From NCBI GenBank assembly GCA_009914755.4, contig CP068257.2, positions 28,224,001 through 28,288,000 on the forward strand: a stretch of DNA of 64,000 nucleotides. Reading direction: 5' to 3'. The stretch is from the human T2T-CHM13v2.0 reference genome, Homo sapiens. Of this stretch, positions 26,801 to 46,190 are shown piece after piece (within the stretch, counting starts at the first letter, position 1; every line of letters begins with the position of its first letter). The notes beneath the pieces are model-generated. The model worked only from the letters and a program-made list of their open reading frames with translations. It made no database searches and was not told where the DNA came from. A program made the position numbers and the translations under genes.

Positions 26801-29800
26801 CGATGTTGCTCAAAACTGTTCCATAAAAGATTCTAATCCCAAATGAAACATTTCAATATTATTTTCATTATTGGAAAAATCTCCATATTTTAGGTCTCCT
26901 TGAGTAAATGAGAATGAGCTGCATTTTAAAAACTACTTTTTAATGGACACATTGTAATTATGCATATTTATTGAGCAAAAATGTGATAATGTGATGTTTC
27001 AATACATACATATATTGTATAATGATCAAATCAGGGTATTTATTGTGTTGACCGTGGATTTGCTTTCATGAATGTTCATATGTATGTCAGAGTTTCATGT
27101 CAGGGCAATGGACGTTGTATGGTTAAATAGTCTTCAACTTCTTCTTCTAAGCCTTTGCTAGATGGTTTTTAACTAAATATAGGCATATTAAAAGTTCTCT
27201 TCTCATACCACAACCCTGACCTAGCTGTAGTTGGTTTACAGTGGGACTCAGATGGATGGAATTATTTTTTCTTAACGTAAGAAAAATAAATTCCTTCCTA
27301 GAGATCTGCAAAAAAATCTTGTGATATAGAATTGGTGGGAGTGAAGGAATAGAATTTAGCCCTTGATTAAATACAGCACCTATTTGCCATTTAGAATTTT
27401 AGTGAAAGATATTGTCTTAGAAAACTTGCTTCAAAGGAAACATTAATGAAAAGGTAGAATGAGTGACAAATACTGCCAAAATTTCTATCATAGCATCAAT
27501 GATTACATGAGTTAATGTACTGATGACTGCCTGCTGTAAATGCCCATCACTGTCAGCAACATTTTTCTAACAAGGAGGACTGCTGTGCCATCTCATGTTA
27601 AGCAATAAAACTTAGGAGGTGAATGACCTGCCATAAACCATCAAAAGCATTCAGAGCTGTTCTCCTTTGAATACCTCCAATTATCTAAATTTATAACTGA
27701 TATAAACAGGAAAATCAGAATTAAACGTTTAAATTGCTGCTTCTCCACCATTTGGTCTTCTTTATCTTTCCCATTAGAACCATTGTTAGTCTAGCTGTCT
27801 TAGCTAATTCAGAGGAAACATCAGGGGAAGATCAATGTATGAATCCCTCATGGCCTATTTGATGTCAATCTAGTCCTTTTTATGAAACACTCTTCCTATA
27901 GATTTAGAATGTGTTATTGCCAATGTTTCAGGCTGACCAGCAAAATGCTCAATAAACAAGGCACTTTCCTCCCAAATGACACAAGAGTCAAATGGATGCT
28001 GGATACTTAAAAGAAACAAATCTTTACTTATAACATGAGATTAGCTGAACAGAACTTGAGTTGAAACAGAAAATGCCTGTGAGTTCCAAGGGATCATAAC
28101 TAATATTAATGCATTTTGCTTTCATCCAGAGAAAAAAATATAAAGTCTATGCTCTCTTTTGCCTCACTCCTTTCACCTCTTTTTCAGGCTGACTTTGTTC
28201 TGTTCTTTGCACATATTTTCCAGGAATACCAATATTGGAACAGTTTTGAAGATATAGAACTGGGCTGACACTGCAGTGTGTTCATTGTGTTGGCTACCAC
28301 TGGAAGGCCCACCAGCACACTTCTGTCAGGAAGAAAAGCATTCCAACACACTTATTATAAAGATGGAGGAGAAGGGCATTCACTTGTTTTCTATTGAATG
28401 ACTTCTATTCTATGTACAAGACACTGTAGGGAATTACAACTTCGTACTTAAAAAAAAAGTATCTTGTTGTGTGTACAATAACTTTAAGGGTAAGTTCAAA
28501 AGACCCCAAACACTTGCTTTTTTGGCTTTTCTTTTCCTACTTACAATGGATCCTTTCAACTCTGTTGCCTGGCTTATTATATCCTTTCTTATCACCAGGT
28601 TAATAGAACTCTAGGCAAATTTGACAGCCAAATATCGGAGTGCATCCGTAAACATAAATCCTGGTAGGTGCTCATAGACTCAGAAACAAAGGAGAAGAAC
28701 TGTGAGTTATGAGAGAAATGGCAACTAAGCCTTTTTCAAAGAGAAATGTACATATCCACACATAGGTAGCTGGAACAATTAGGGGAAGAAAAAACATCAG
28801 TGAAAGTTAAAGAGAGACACCTTATTAGATTTATTTGGGGGGATGATTAAGGCATAGCTCATTAAAATTCCTTTAGTCTTTCTTCTCATTTACTTTATTC
28901 ACCATAGGCATGTCAACTTATACTAATTGTATGGTGGTTTTATAAGTATCGAGGAAGATTATCTGACTAGCTGAAACTACTTTCATTCTAAATCAGACAA
29001 CTTTGAAGGTTACATTAACTCTTTCATGACACTGAATGAGCTAGAGTGTTATGAGTTTTCAGACTACAAAGTCATTGCCTACACTGCACATTTTTGTTGC
29101 ATCCCAAAAATTTTAGGCATTTTAAAATTTAATTCACATGAAATAAGTGTCACTTACTTCTTTGGAAGAATATGGGGGTACAGAAGTTCTAACCTAACAA
29201 TCCAGGTCAAGTCAATAAATCTGACTCCCATATTCCACTTCAATCTGAGTTATTTAGAGGAAACATTGAGCTCTTCTGAGGGACTCATCACAGCCTTTGC
29301 TTCCATTAAGTAGTCACCTGGTGATGTCAGACATGGGTAGATCAAGATATTGAGCAATCATGTTAGCACACCTCTATCTACCATTGCAAGGGTATCAGAA
29401 CTGTGCTAGACTACTGATAACAACATACATAACCACCAGGTGTCTTGTACACATTTCAGGCAATTTTTTCTCATATAATAAGAAAGTCAGAGGTAAGGGG
29501 TTGCTTGCTTGGGTCCAGCTGTTCAGTAATGCCAGCCTGGACCTAAGTTACTATAATCTTTTCCCTCTTCCTTCCTCAGTGTGTTGGCATTTTTTTTCCT
29601 TAGGCTTGTTATCTCATGCAGCTGTTCCAGAAATCATATCTATGTTCACAGCAGGAGAAGGGGAATGTGGAAGAAATTTCCAGTATGCTTATATCTCATT
29701 GCCCAGAGCTGTACACTATGGCCAATCCAAGGGAGACTGGGAAAATGAGTATCCCTCCAGAGCTAGGGATAATGCTTTCCCAAACAAAATCAGGGTTCTG

Positions 29801-29994
29801 TCTTTCTGTCTGCAGGAAAAAGGGTAGAATAAATACTAGATTGGCAACTAGAAGTATCAGGTGAACTATGGTAAAAACCAACTCCCCAAAAGCTAGAAAT
29901 GAGGGGCCTGCTTCCCCCAACAACCTCAAAGGACTAGGAAGAACATCAATGAGGGAGAAGCCTGCACTCCTTGCCTCCTTGTCTCCATTTTATA

Positions 29995-30027
29995 GCCCCT
30001 CCCTCCCTCCCTCCCTCCTTTCTTTTT

Positions 30028-30089
<62 letters not shown>

Positions 30090-30091
30090 TT

Positions 30092-30123
<32 letters not shown>

Positions 30124-30166
30124 CTTCCTTCCTTCCTTCTTTCTTTCCTTCCTTCCTTCCTTCCTA
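29995..30166 (+). repeat. Compound pyrimidine microsatellite (CCCT)n/(TTTC)n/(CT)n/(CCTT)n, about 170 bp: an expanded poly-A tail (read as T on plus) of the adjacent minus-strand Alu
   Basis: ccctccctccctccctcctttcttttttctttctttctttc...tctctctctctctctctctctcc ttccttccttcc, directly 5' of the Alu at 30166-30449. Confidence 0.95.
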
Positions 30167-30449
30167 TTTTTGAGACAGAGTTTCTCCTCTGTCACTAAGG
30201 CTGGAGTGCAGTGGCATGATCACAGCTCACTGCAGCCTTGACCTCCTGGGTTCAAGAGATCCTCACCCCTAGGCCTCCTCAGTAGCTGGGACTACAGATG
30301 TATGCCACCATGCCCAGCTAATTTTTGTACTTTTTTGTACAGATGGTGTTTTGCCATATTGACCAGGCTGTTCTCAAACTCCTAGGCTCAAGAAATCCAC
30401 CCATCTCAGCCTCCCAAACTGTTGGGAACCACTTACAGGTGTGAGCCAT
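30166..30449 (-). mobile_element. Alu SINE, minus orientation
   Basis: tttttgagacagagtttctcctctgtcactaaggctggagtgcagtggcatgatcacagctcactgcagcc...cctcagcctcccaaactgttgggaaccacttacaggtgtgagccattcacccggcc. Confidence 0.9.
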
Positions 30450-33400
30450 TCACCCGGCCTAGCCCCTCCCTTCTTAAGGTTTTATTACAGACTAGTCTAT
30501 TTCTGAAAGCTGTGACTCAACAGCTAACAAATGCCACAAATATTTCTAAATCCAATAACAGTCAACTATGCAATAATTGACAACTGATGTGCAGCATTGC
30601 AACAGCCTGAAGCCTTTTTATACACACTTGTAACAACAATGAAGCAGGTTTTAAAGGCCAGATAGCTGTACTCACCAAAGAAATCCACCATCTGGTCTCC
30701 ACTATGATGGCGTTTTAGATTAGAGGAGTTTTTTTTTCCCCCTCCCCACTATCTTTTGAAGAACAGGTGGTTGTCCTGGCCTTCCATCATGGAAAGGTTT
30801 CCCTTTTTATAAATGGCAACACAAAATATTCCATCCTGTTTTTTTGTAACTTTCTCCTGAAATCTTCTGCACCAAATCTGTTAAAGTTTCTTCTTCTCAA
30901 AATAGCTATGAGGAAGTTGACTTCTCAAGGGCAAAAACCTTTGCAGGGACCTCTTAGAATATGGAAATTGGACTTCTAAAATCTTCTTACTTGAAACAAA
31001 GTAGGTCAACTCTTTAAAAAGTATACCAGACATTTTTGACAACAGAATACCAAATAAATTTTAGATAATGACTGAACTGAATAAAATGCATGGACAAGGT
31101 AATAAAAATGGGAAAGTTAGAATACAATGAGAGTAATATATGTTAAGTATTTTTTCTTAAAGGTTATATTTATACACATTTTTAACATAAAAAAGGTGGA
31201 GAACATATTTGTCCTTCTTTCCATTCTCCGAGTTCTTTTAAAAGATATGGGAAACCTTTAATTATAAGTCAAGAGTAAATACTCCTACTGTGGTTCACTC
31301 CATCCAGGATAAATCCAGAATCACAAGGAAAATCTATAATTGTACTGATCCCTGAACATTTTGCGTTTCAATTTTTTCCTTCTCCTTCTTTTTTTTTTCT
31401 CCTCCACCTCTTGTTCTTCTATTCCAGTAAATATCCTGCTACACTATAGGCATTTGACAGTATGATATTAAATGACATTGCACCCTATAAATCTTTTATT
31501 CATCCTACAAAATCTTTGTAACATACATTACAGGATCTAAATTACTGCCCAGTAAGGAAAATCATCTCATATTTTAGAAACCATCTCTAATTTTCTGTGG
31601 CTTGTGCTATCTCCTCTTCTTCAGTTTAAAATAGTGTGTTTCAGCAAAGAGCAAATAAGTGAGTTAAAGACTAATTTACTTTATATTTTGGCATCCTGTA
31701 TTTTAAGTAACTTTTAAATGTATTAAATAGAATTATCCATAAAGAAGGAAGATAAAGCTAAGTATAAGTTTCTTATACATCTAAGTTTTAATTATAAAAA
31801 TTAATAATATTTATTTTGAATAACTGTGTCCTTTGTAGAGTTGTTCTGAAACACCGATGCAACCCTTATCTGTGAAAATGTCTAGATCTCCTGGGACAGA
31901 GTAATTGTATCTACCCTAAATTCAAGATTTATCTGTCATTTGACAATAAGTCATGTGATACTGTTTGTCTGAATTATACTTTAATGTTTAATCATAAATA
32001 TTTTTATGCATTATTTACCTCCCCAATTAGACTTCAAAATTCACAAAATATTCTGATTTTCCTCAGTGTCCTACACACCATAGGCTCTAGATTAATTACA
32101 AACTATGTTTCTCAAGCTTAACTGATAAACTTCTTTTTACAAATCACAATCCAGTTTAAGTGCATATAGAAACTACCTAATACAGAAAATCAATATGTAA
32201 AATAAATCAATTTTTCACTTACTTTGAATTTTCTTAAAGGATTTTTGGCAGAAACTTCTTTTCAAGTGCTTTAGTTTTGCTTTCTGCTGGGACTTTAAGT
32301 TTTTGAATTTTCTGCCTAAAGCTCATTGTGCAGTCTCTTCATCAATACTCAAGGAATCAAGAAATCATCCAATAATGACTCCCTCAACCAGCAGAAATCA
32401 GGCCCACATTTTTGAAGTCTGTGTAATTGTAAGTACAGTTGTAGATCTGTCTTCCATTCTGAAGATATAATAACACATGTTGTATAATACTAGTATAATT
32501 AAAGAACACAATGAAATGTTTCTGAAATGCTTCAGAATTAAGACTTCAGTATTTTAACAGGAAGTGCCAATCTGGTCAAAGTCATCAGGTTCTCCAGAAA
32601 TTTATAGCAAAGACTACTTGGCAGGAACCCAATATAAGTGACACATACAGAGAAACACACATACATAGACACGCACACTCATAAACACATAAGACTGTAA
32701 AAAGATGCCCTTGTTACACAAAGTGGCATGGAAAAGTTGGAGATAAACAGAGCCCATTTATATAATGAAGTGCCAGAAAAAGAAAATCAAAGAAACCAGT
32801 TGGTCTGTTTTTTGTATGTGTCATAGATCACCATCACCTATAAATTATCTGTATCAAGAAGCTATTAGCTAATACTGAGGAGACTAGAATATCTTAAACT
32901 GAGCCACACAAAATCTCTGATATAACATCTTTTTTTGATATTTAATTCAAAACTTAATTGAATGTTCATGCCTCAGTGGACTATTTGGTACATTAAGATA
33001 CAAGTTCTGTCAGAATGAAACTAGTCATTTTTAGATCATTTTGATATTTGATAAGACTCATTCTTCTTTCATTCTGTTTGATCATCCCTTGTGTGGAAAA
33101 GCCAAAGAAAATGCCAAACACTTATCTGTCATAAAAAGTGAAATATCTCTAGCAGGAATCCGATCATTCAGTATCATCGATAATCTCACGCAAATATCAT
33201 ACATAAAATATTTTTATGTTATGATTCAAACGTGGAGAAGGGAATGAGTCTATACCCTGTGTAGGAAGGCAGCCAAGTACTTTATCAACATGCTTTTACA
33301 TTTGGATTTCATTCCATTATAATCACAATGATAGCCTGTGTGGCGTGCATAATGCATTCTACATCTAGAAAATGGTTATGTCTAAAAATTCCATTCCTTC

Positions 33401-34782
33401 CCTTTCTGTGATAAAGATTTGTCTTCAACATCATCAATAGCTGAAGCAATGCTCATCTGTGACCATCTGTTCTTACTATAAAACAGTAGATTTTGGCAGA
33501 ATTTGCAAGCATTGAGCTTGTCGGAACGTTAGAACACCTGTTTGATCTTTACCATATCAGATCCTTCAGATGGTTGAGTGTAAATGGGAGGTTAGGTATA
33601 GGGAAAAAAGGGTTTTATTATTTCTTTTGAAATGGAAAATATAAAAATTTTTTCAGTTGATGATTATTCTCTACTGTTAAAAAAATTTATATACTAAGTA
33701 TTAAAAACTATGATTAATATTGAAACATCTAAAGTTAAATGAGGAAAATGTACAAATACAGTTTTGATTGTCCACACACAAAGAGATTGTTAATTTCATC
33801 TACTGAACACATATCTTGTTATACAGCAGTGTCTACATATCGTAGGTACTCAATCTGAGCATTAATTAGTAAATGAATGAATTAAAGTGTATTTGATTCT
33901 CATAATGAAAGGACTTTGCATTAATAATATTTCCATCTTTATAGATGAATAAAGGTGATGCGGGAATAATTTGCAGAGCTGCAACTCAGAGTGATTCCTT
34001 CTGCCTCAGTCACAGGCTTTCCATTAGGCAATGAGAGTAACCTGGTGTAAGATGTGTGTCCTGTATTAGTAACCTCTCAGTAGATACTAAAGAGACTAGA
34101 AATACCAAAGTCTGGAGTTGTTGGTTTGGAAAAGCTAGCCAGAGGAAGTGACTTTGAGTAGTTTTGTAAGCAGAAAGCAACACCTTTGAGAAGCTAGGAG
34201 GTAAAGGAAGGAGGTGGCATGTGAATCCTTGGAACAAGCATGTTCACTAGAGCAGTGTCAAAAGCAGGCAGTGAGGAGATGTTTCTATTTACGCGGAGGG
34301 AAGAATAATTGGGAGAGGAATTTGAAACCTATAATTGGGAGCTTGGATTTGATACAAAGCTGAATTGGGCAAGTGATTGATGTGACTAAAACAACAGCAG
34401 TGATGAGTGCTGCTGCTGGGTGAAGAATGGATTGGCAGGCCAGGGCAGCTGGCTGCCTGGAAGGCTGGCACAGCCGTACCCACCCCATATCAGTTGCTGA
34501 TGTCAGTGGACCGACCCAAGATGAAGAAACGCTATTGGGACAGGATCCACAAGCTGGAGCAATGGTCTCCAGGCTCCCTTAAGCCCTTAGGTCTCTATGC
34601 CCTTAGAGAAATCAGGATGAGTTACGTGATGACAGAAGCTCTTCCTTTTTCTTTTTGCTTGAAATGTAATCTTTTTTGTGCTATTTAGTGTATCATATTT
34701 GTATGTGAACTCCAGCAAAGTATTTTTTGTTTTGTTTTGTTATTGAAGCACCTCCAAAACATTCTGAGGGAATTTAAATTTG

Positions 34783-34945
34783 GCCGGACACAGTGGCTTA
34801 TGCCTGTAATCCCAGCACTTTGGGAGGCTTAGGCGGGTGGATCACCCGAGGTCAGGAGTTCGAGACCAGCATGAGCTAACATGGAGAAACCCCACCTCAA
34901 CTGAAGATACAATTAGCTGGGCATGGTGACACACGCCTATAGTTC
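34783..34945 (+). mobile_element. Alu 5' fragment (left monomer plus the start of the right monomer), 3'-truncated
   Basis: ggccggacacagtggcttatgcctgtaatcccagcactttgggaggcttaggcgggtggatcacccgaggtcaggagttcgagaccagcatgagctaacatggagaaaccccacctcaactgaagatacaattagctgggcatggtgacacacgcctatagt. Confidence 0.75.
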
Positions 34946-36006
34946 CTACTTTTATTATAATATAAAATAATACAGTTGTTGAAATTGGATGGAAATTTAA
35001 AGATTATCTTGTCTAACTGTTTTACTTTTCAAACTAGGAAATTGAGACTTTAAGAGATGAAGTGATTTCATTCACACATTCATTCATTCTTTTAGCACAA
35101 GCTCTGGAGTCAGATTCATCTTAGGTTTGAATCCTGGTTTTTTATTTATTATCTGGGTAACCTTAGAAAAGGCATTTGATTTTCTCGGTTTCTTCATCTA
35201 CAAAATAGAGATAAGTATGGTGCAATAGTTATTATACTATGAATAAAACATTCTTTTTCAAATCACTATAGTGTGGTAGCTAATGGTGTACAATCTGGAG
35301 CCAGACTGCTTGGGTTTAATACCCAACTCTACTACTCACAAGCAATGAAAACTTGGAAAAGCTGCCTAATCCCTCTGTGCCTCAGTTCCTTCTTTTGTAA
35401 TGTGGGGTATGTATAATCTATATTTATATAGCATTTAAATGAGAAAATATATTTGTATGTTTTACCAGACTTAACCTTCAGCAAACAGCCTGGATAAATG
35501 CTCACTATATGTAGGGCTGTTATTGTCATTACTCTCATTGCTTTTGGTTAGTACCGCTTGCGTGTTGGGCACTGAATTGATGTAGAATATACAGAGAGAA
35601 AGACACAGCTCCTTCCCTCAAGAATTCAGAGTCTAGGCAGATGATGTAAGGAAAGTAACAACTACAATTCAGTGTGATAAGTACTAGCATGGAGGTTGCC
35701 CCATCTCTCCTAGAGCTCAAAGAGGCCTGAGTGAATCAGGATCCAGTCATTACAGGAGAGTCATTGGAGAGTCACTTGAGAGGTGGCAGGAGTGGTCAGC
35801 AAACCCTTCAGGGAGGTGAAGCATTAGTGCGTGTGTGTTGGGAGCCTGCAGAACAGAGAATAAATCAGCAAAACAGAGGGCAGGTGCTAGGTTAGAGAAA
35901 ATCCAACAGTCGGTGGTTGTTTTGTACCGCTGGTTGTAGGTTGCACATGAGGAATAGTGAGAGGTAGGGCTGGGTAGTTACAAAGTGGATTGATGAAGAA
36001 GGGCCT

Positions 36007-36565
36007 TGTATTAGTCAGGGTTCTCTAGAGGGACAGAACTAATTGGATATATGTATATATGAGATGGAGTTTATTAAGGAGAATTGACTCTCATGATCAT
36101 AAGGTAAAGTCCCACGAGAGACCATCTGCAAGTTGAGGAACGAGGAAGCCAGTGGTGGATCAGCCCAAGTCCCAAAACCTCAAAAGTAGGGAAGCCAACA
36201 GTACAGCCTTCAATCTGTAGTCAAAGGCCCAAGAGCCCCTGGAAAACCACTGGTATCAGTCCAAGAGTCCAAAAGCTGAAGAAATTGGAGTCTGATGTTC
36301 AAGGGCAGGAAGCATCCAGCATGGGAGAAGGATGAAGGCCAGAAGACTCAGCAAGTCTGTTCTTCTGTCTTCTCCTGCCTGCTTTATTCTAGCTGCACTG
36401 GCAGCTGATTAGATGGTGCCCACCCAGACCGAGGATAGGTCTGCCTTTCCTAGTTCGCTGACTCAAATGTTAATCTCCTTTGGCGACACCCACACAGACA
36501 TGCCCAGAAACAATACTTTGCGTCCTTCAATCCAATGAAGTTGACATTCAGTATCAACCATCACA
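36007..36565 (-). mobile_element. Probable solo LTR of an ERVL-MaLR-like family, old and diverged
   Basis: It begins tgtattagtcagggttctctagagggacagaactaattgg, which resembles the reverse complement of MaLR LTR 3' ends (...CAGACTAATACA). It ends ...gttgacattcagtatcaaccatcaca, and internal motifs such as ctggcagctgattagatggtgcccacccagac and gactcaaatgttaatctcctttggc are recognised by memory as a common mammalian LTR-class repeat. The exact family name is uncertain. Confidence 0.4.
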
Positions 36566-39500
36566 GGCCTTATAAACACACTGCTCAACTATGTGCACTT
36601 TAGCCTGAAAGCCATGAGATGCAATTAAAAGATTTTAATCGGCGGGATGGCCTGATTAGGTTCTCTTTGCCAAAAATTGATGAGTGCCCCCTGGATCCAC
36701 TTCTGTTTGAGTATATGGATACTGCAACATATTCACCTGTTTAACTTGGCTATTTCCCCTTCTCCTGACAGATGGTAAATTCCTTGAAGGCAGTCATCTG
36801 GCTTTCTATTCCCAACATCTGTCATAATATCTATAAGTAGCCATTTAATATGTTTAGAATGAACAAATGAATGGAAAAGACTGCAAGCAAATATTCAATT
36901 AAGATGCTTTTTCCTCCTTAATCCATGAGAATTGATACGGATCTAATAGTGGTGGTGGCAGGGGGCTCAGAAAAGGGATGGGTTCAACAGATATTTAAGT
37001 AAGAATATTGACAAGCCTTGGAGTTAGAGGCTGACTTGGAGGCAAAAAGAACTAATCTAGAATGACCTTGAGATTTCAAGTGTGGTCAACTCAGTGGATG
37101 ATGGTAACATTCACTGGGAGTGAAAACCCAGGGGTAGGTTCACAGATGAAGAGAATGAGTGTATTTCTGGGCATGTCTAGTTCAACGAACCTGCGGATCA
37201 AATGAAGGAATGTCTAGGAGGCATGTGGATAGGGAGATCTCGTCAAAATCCTTGAGAATCACACCTTTTAACTCACAGTTCATTGCACTTTCCCCCTTTG
37301 TAATGCCTTTTTGAAAGAAAAAACAGGCAAACAACAACTACAAGAATATTAAAGCAATTTGTACATAAAGATTTTTTAATGGTTACAAAATCAAAAGGGA
37401 TATTTTTCTTGACCATGTGTCTGGAATGCCCTTAGCCCATCCATGTCTCTCGAAAAGATCCAAGGTGAACAGTAACTCCTCCAAGAAATCTTGCCACATC
37501 CTCCCAGATGTAATGAACATTCACGCAGCAGTTGATTTTACTTTGTCTATAGCACTTGTTGCAGTGTATTCAGGTCTTCATATTGGTCTTCCTTTAATAC
37601 ATGCAGGACAGTATCATCATTAGTATGGATTTTGGAATCAGACGTATAAGATTTTGAAATTTCAGCTTTGCCACTTAGCTGAATGATCTGGGGAAAGCAG
37701 TTTACCTTCTCTTAGCCTCGGGTTTTCACATACGTGAAATTCAGAGGACAGTAGATAATGTGAAGGTTTGAAGGCTTCCACTGACTTCTCATCATACTCA
37801 GTGTAGCACTTTCATCTCCTCTCCTTGTTTCCTTTGCTCCAGCCACACTGACCTCTGTGTTGTCCCTGAAATAACCAAGGCACATATTTTCTACCCAGAG
37901 TGCCCTCCCCGCAACTACCTGCATGGCTATCTCCCTCGCTTTTTTCCAAATATTTTCACTAAACTGATATTCTATCCTATAGCTACAATAGAGAAGAAAA
38001 TGCTGCTGAGTCTAATATGGAACACCTGCATGCATATTGACAAAGGCTGGAAGCAAATACACTCCAAAGGGAAGTTGTATCAGTGAGGCGAATTGTGTGC
38101 AAACTGTTCTCCTGATACATTATTGCTTTTGATGTAGTTTTGTCATTTGAAATGCAATTAAAAACTCAATTTCTCGTGAGCTTTTCCCCTGGGTACCCTA
38201 GGTAAAATTTCAGTATCACACTGCAATATTTTCCTTCTCTGCTTCATTCTTTCCCCTTAGCATTTATTGCAACTTAATATGCTACATATTTTACTTATTT
38301 TTGTTTGTGTACCAAAAAGGAAAACAAGTTCTTTGAAGATGGGGAATTTTGTCTGTCTTGTTCCCTGCCATATCCCCAGTATCTAGGACAATGCCCAGAA
38401 TATATAGGCACTCAAAAAATGTATTTTGAATGAATGAATTTTATATATACATTGCTTATCACAGTATCTGACATATAACACATATCTGTCACATAGTAGC
38501 TGTTAAGGTTGTGAATTTTGCTAATATTTTGCAGGATCTTTAGAAGTCAGGAAATACACTGTATTCACTATCTTATGACTTCTACTACAGAGGAAGCCTA
38601 AGAGATAAAAGAATGAATGAACTGACCAATTCTATGTAAAGATTAGCTACTTGGGTCACTATTGGTGATGTGGTGGCTGCCTCGGAATCAACACTACAGA
38701 GCTGGAGAGAGGCTGGAAGCAGAGTGGACTCAGCACAGTGGCTCTGTAAACGTGAGCAACCCCACCTCACCCCATCCAAACTCCCCTCATTTTTAGAAAG
38801 GAGCTTATTGTCAAGGGCACTTTGTAGCTCTTGCAGCCTCTGAGTCTGTGGGTTCCAAAAGGTGAGGCAAAAGGCAAAATCTTTTACCCCCTTAACCTAA
38901 AAAACTCAAATTTCCTTACAATGAATGAGAAGCGGATTTAAAACAATCAGATTACACAATACTTCATATAGTCCTGTGTGCATGTGTGTGTGCACATACA
39001 CACAATCTCGACCTGATAATTTTTCATGCCTTTGTCTGAGTGATTTGTAGCAAGTATGAAGGTATTTCCAAAGTGTTATTAATGACTTAGAAAGTGGGAA
39101 CTGTGTCAAAACCAAGCTTAGCTAGTTCGGTGGCAGGTGGTACCAAGAGGCAGAGTGAATTTCAAGTTGAAATTACAAAGAACCATTGATCCTGACAGTA
39201 AAGCATGCCTGCAAATGAAATTGACATGGAATGATCCTGACGTTGAAATATTATCTTAAAATCTTGAAAAGCATGGCAGAGAATTCAATTATATAACTAA
39301 GGGGAATTGGAGAAAATGAAGAAATTGGTAGCGATCTTTCCTTCAAACATGTATTTTCCTCTATAGGTCAGGCTCACTTTGCACATAATTAGTTACCCTT
39401 GTTTCTCACTTCATTGCTTAATCAATTTCAATAATGATTTAGCTTTATTATTAGAAAATTTTACATTCATGTTAAACCCAAAACAAATTTGAAAAGCTGC

Positions 39501-40626
39501 AGAAGTAATTTGAGTCCAGGTTATAAAAAATAACGTTAGTCCAGGACTTGGAGTGAATTAATGTGACATCTTAAAAGCTTTGGGTTATAATCTGGGTTCT
39601 GCCACAGGCAGCCATAAACCATGGGCAAGTTATTTAATCTCTGATTTTTAGAATCTTTAGCTGTAAAGCACAAGCATAATAATTCCCACTTCATTGTAGC
39701 TGTTCTGAAGCACAAATGATATATGTGATTGGGCCAAGTATATAAAACAAGACTGACAAAGTCATTTTGACATATATTTGAATAAAACTGCCATATCTTA
39801 TCTTATAGACTTGAACAATTGTGTAAAGCCAGGAGGAGGAGAAATATTTGCAGTTATATTTTAGAGATGAGGAAACATGATCAGAAGGATTAAAGTAACT
39901 TGCCCTAGTTACCAGGCCGAGTTAAATTTCATGTCTTTAGCTTCTTCGCCTACTGAGTCTTAATTCTACCACTCATACATGTTCTAATAATCTGTTCTTG
40001 GGTGAATATCACAAGAATCCTGGTATTAATAGAATTTTCCCCTTTTCTTTCCTAAAGACCTAATTATACTTTAAATTACTTGTTTCTGCAGCAGATACCT
40101 TTATTCTACCAGCTGCAAACAGCAGAACAAAAGTCCCTGCCCCATGAAGCTGATATTGTGGTGCAATTCACTCAGCCAACATTCCTAAGTGCTACGATGC
40201 CCTCGACACAGTCTGGGAACAAGTCCCCTCCTAACATTGTGGGTGAGGAAATACACCAGGAAAGGCTGACAGAAGGGATGACAGGGCAAAAGGTTCTATG
40301 GGCACAGGTCAGGTGAGGGGGTTAGTTCAGCCCTAATGCATCCAGTAAGTCATGCCAGAGACACTGACTAATAAGCTTGGTCTTAGACTATGAGAGGACA
40401 ATCTAGTTACCTGAAACCAAAGTAGAAGATTCCATCTGGAAAAAGATCTCCCCGTTGCTTTAAAAATTAGTATGTTTGGTTTCGTACCTAAAAAGATAGC
40501 ATACCTGCTGGGTTATTAGACCATATGCAATAATTAGGCTTCTTAACAAAAAGACAATTAATAGTTCTTTAATATAGTGTGCTTTTTAGTGGATTCAGAA
40601 ATCATGCTGATAGCATACTTTTCTTA

Positions 40627-40873
<247 letters not shown>

Positions 40874-41941
40874 ATTGTGAAAACATCTACTTATATAATC
40901 TAATGGCTTTTTTCATATTCTTATTGTAATACAACATATCTGGGCTTTCTCTAAAAGTCAGTTTTTAACTGGCCTTCTTTTTAAATGATTTACCAAATTG
41001 AAATGAGAATTAAATTTTGAAATCAGCTAAATATATACAATATTGCTCAAAGTGTCCTGAAATTACTCTGAAGGACTAGCATTAACAACACCTAAATTTG
41101 TGATTAGGTCTGAGGTCATTCAGGGCTTTTTGTTACTTTTGATTGTTTTTTAAGACCTACTACAGTTTAGCTTCGAGTAAGTATGCAGTCCTGGAGCACC
41201 TAGGATTTCCTGATACACTTTTGTACAATAATCCTTTCTAAGCTTGGCTATTATTGCTGCCTTCCATGCCTATGCAGGTTTGTCTGACTGGCCTAATGGA
41301 TGTTTTAAATCCAGTCCTTCAAAGTTTTTCATGCGTCTTTTCATTCTTGCCTTGCTGTCCTGATCAGTCTCTTGTCATAGTCATGTAAGGAAGTATAGTA
41401 TCTATAGAGTGATAAGGCATGCTGCTTTACCTTTTTTTTTTTTTGGTATGTTTTGCTATTACTTAATAAACATATTTATAAACCACTCCCAGAGCTGATA
41501 ATCTAGTTCTATTTTTAATCTCTTAGGACAAAATTTAGAGAATAACCTCAAGGGGACTGATTATAGAGATGTCATTTTCAGGTGACCAGAGGGAGGATTT
41601 GGGGACATCTTGGTGGCATGTACTCTATGCTCCTTGTGCCAGGGCTGCCCCAGACTGAAGTAGAAGAAAATGATGCAGATGGACTTACTCAGTTGAACTG
41701 AGATGGGACAGAAATCGTCAGGTCATGCTGAGGAAGAATTACCTTCCCAAATGTCTCAGACACATGCCCAACTAAATGCTTATTACATATTCAGTACAAA
41801 AACACACTGATTCCTTTAGTTAGCAAAGATTCCTTAACTACCTTCTATGTATTAAGCACTGTGCTGGGTACAGAAAACACATGATAAATACATTTTCTAT
41901 GTAAGGAAAACTCAAAGTGGCAAATGCTGAGAGATTTTGTC

Positions 41942-41990
41942 ACCACCAGGCCTGCCTTATGAGACTCTGTCTCAAAAAAAAAAAAAAAGA
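41942..41990 (+). mobile_element. Very short Alu 3'-end remnant (about 30 bp plus a poly-A tail), immediately upstream of the L1 5' truncation point
   Basis: caccaccaggcctgccttatgagactctgtctcaaaaaaaaaaaaaaag resembles the Alu terminus ...cactccagcctgggcgacagagcgagactccgtctcaaaaa. Confidence 0.45.
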
Positions 41991-41994
41991 AAAT

Positions 41995-46190
<4,196 letters not shown>

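Noticed and set aside
29360-29827. 155-aa ORF on the plus strand
   Set aside because: Same reasoning. There is no domain signature, and it begins and ends in ordinary AT-rich unique DNA. It is most likely spurious.
29868-30198. ORFs of 101, 89 and 75 aa with repetitive S/F/L or E/R/K composition
   Set aside because: The same artefact, over the (TTTC)n/(CT)n/(CCTT)n tract and Alu.
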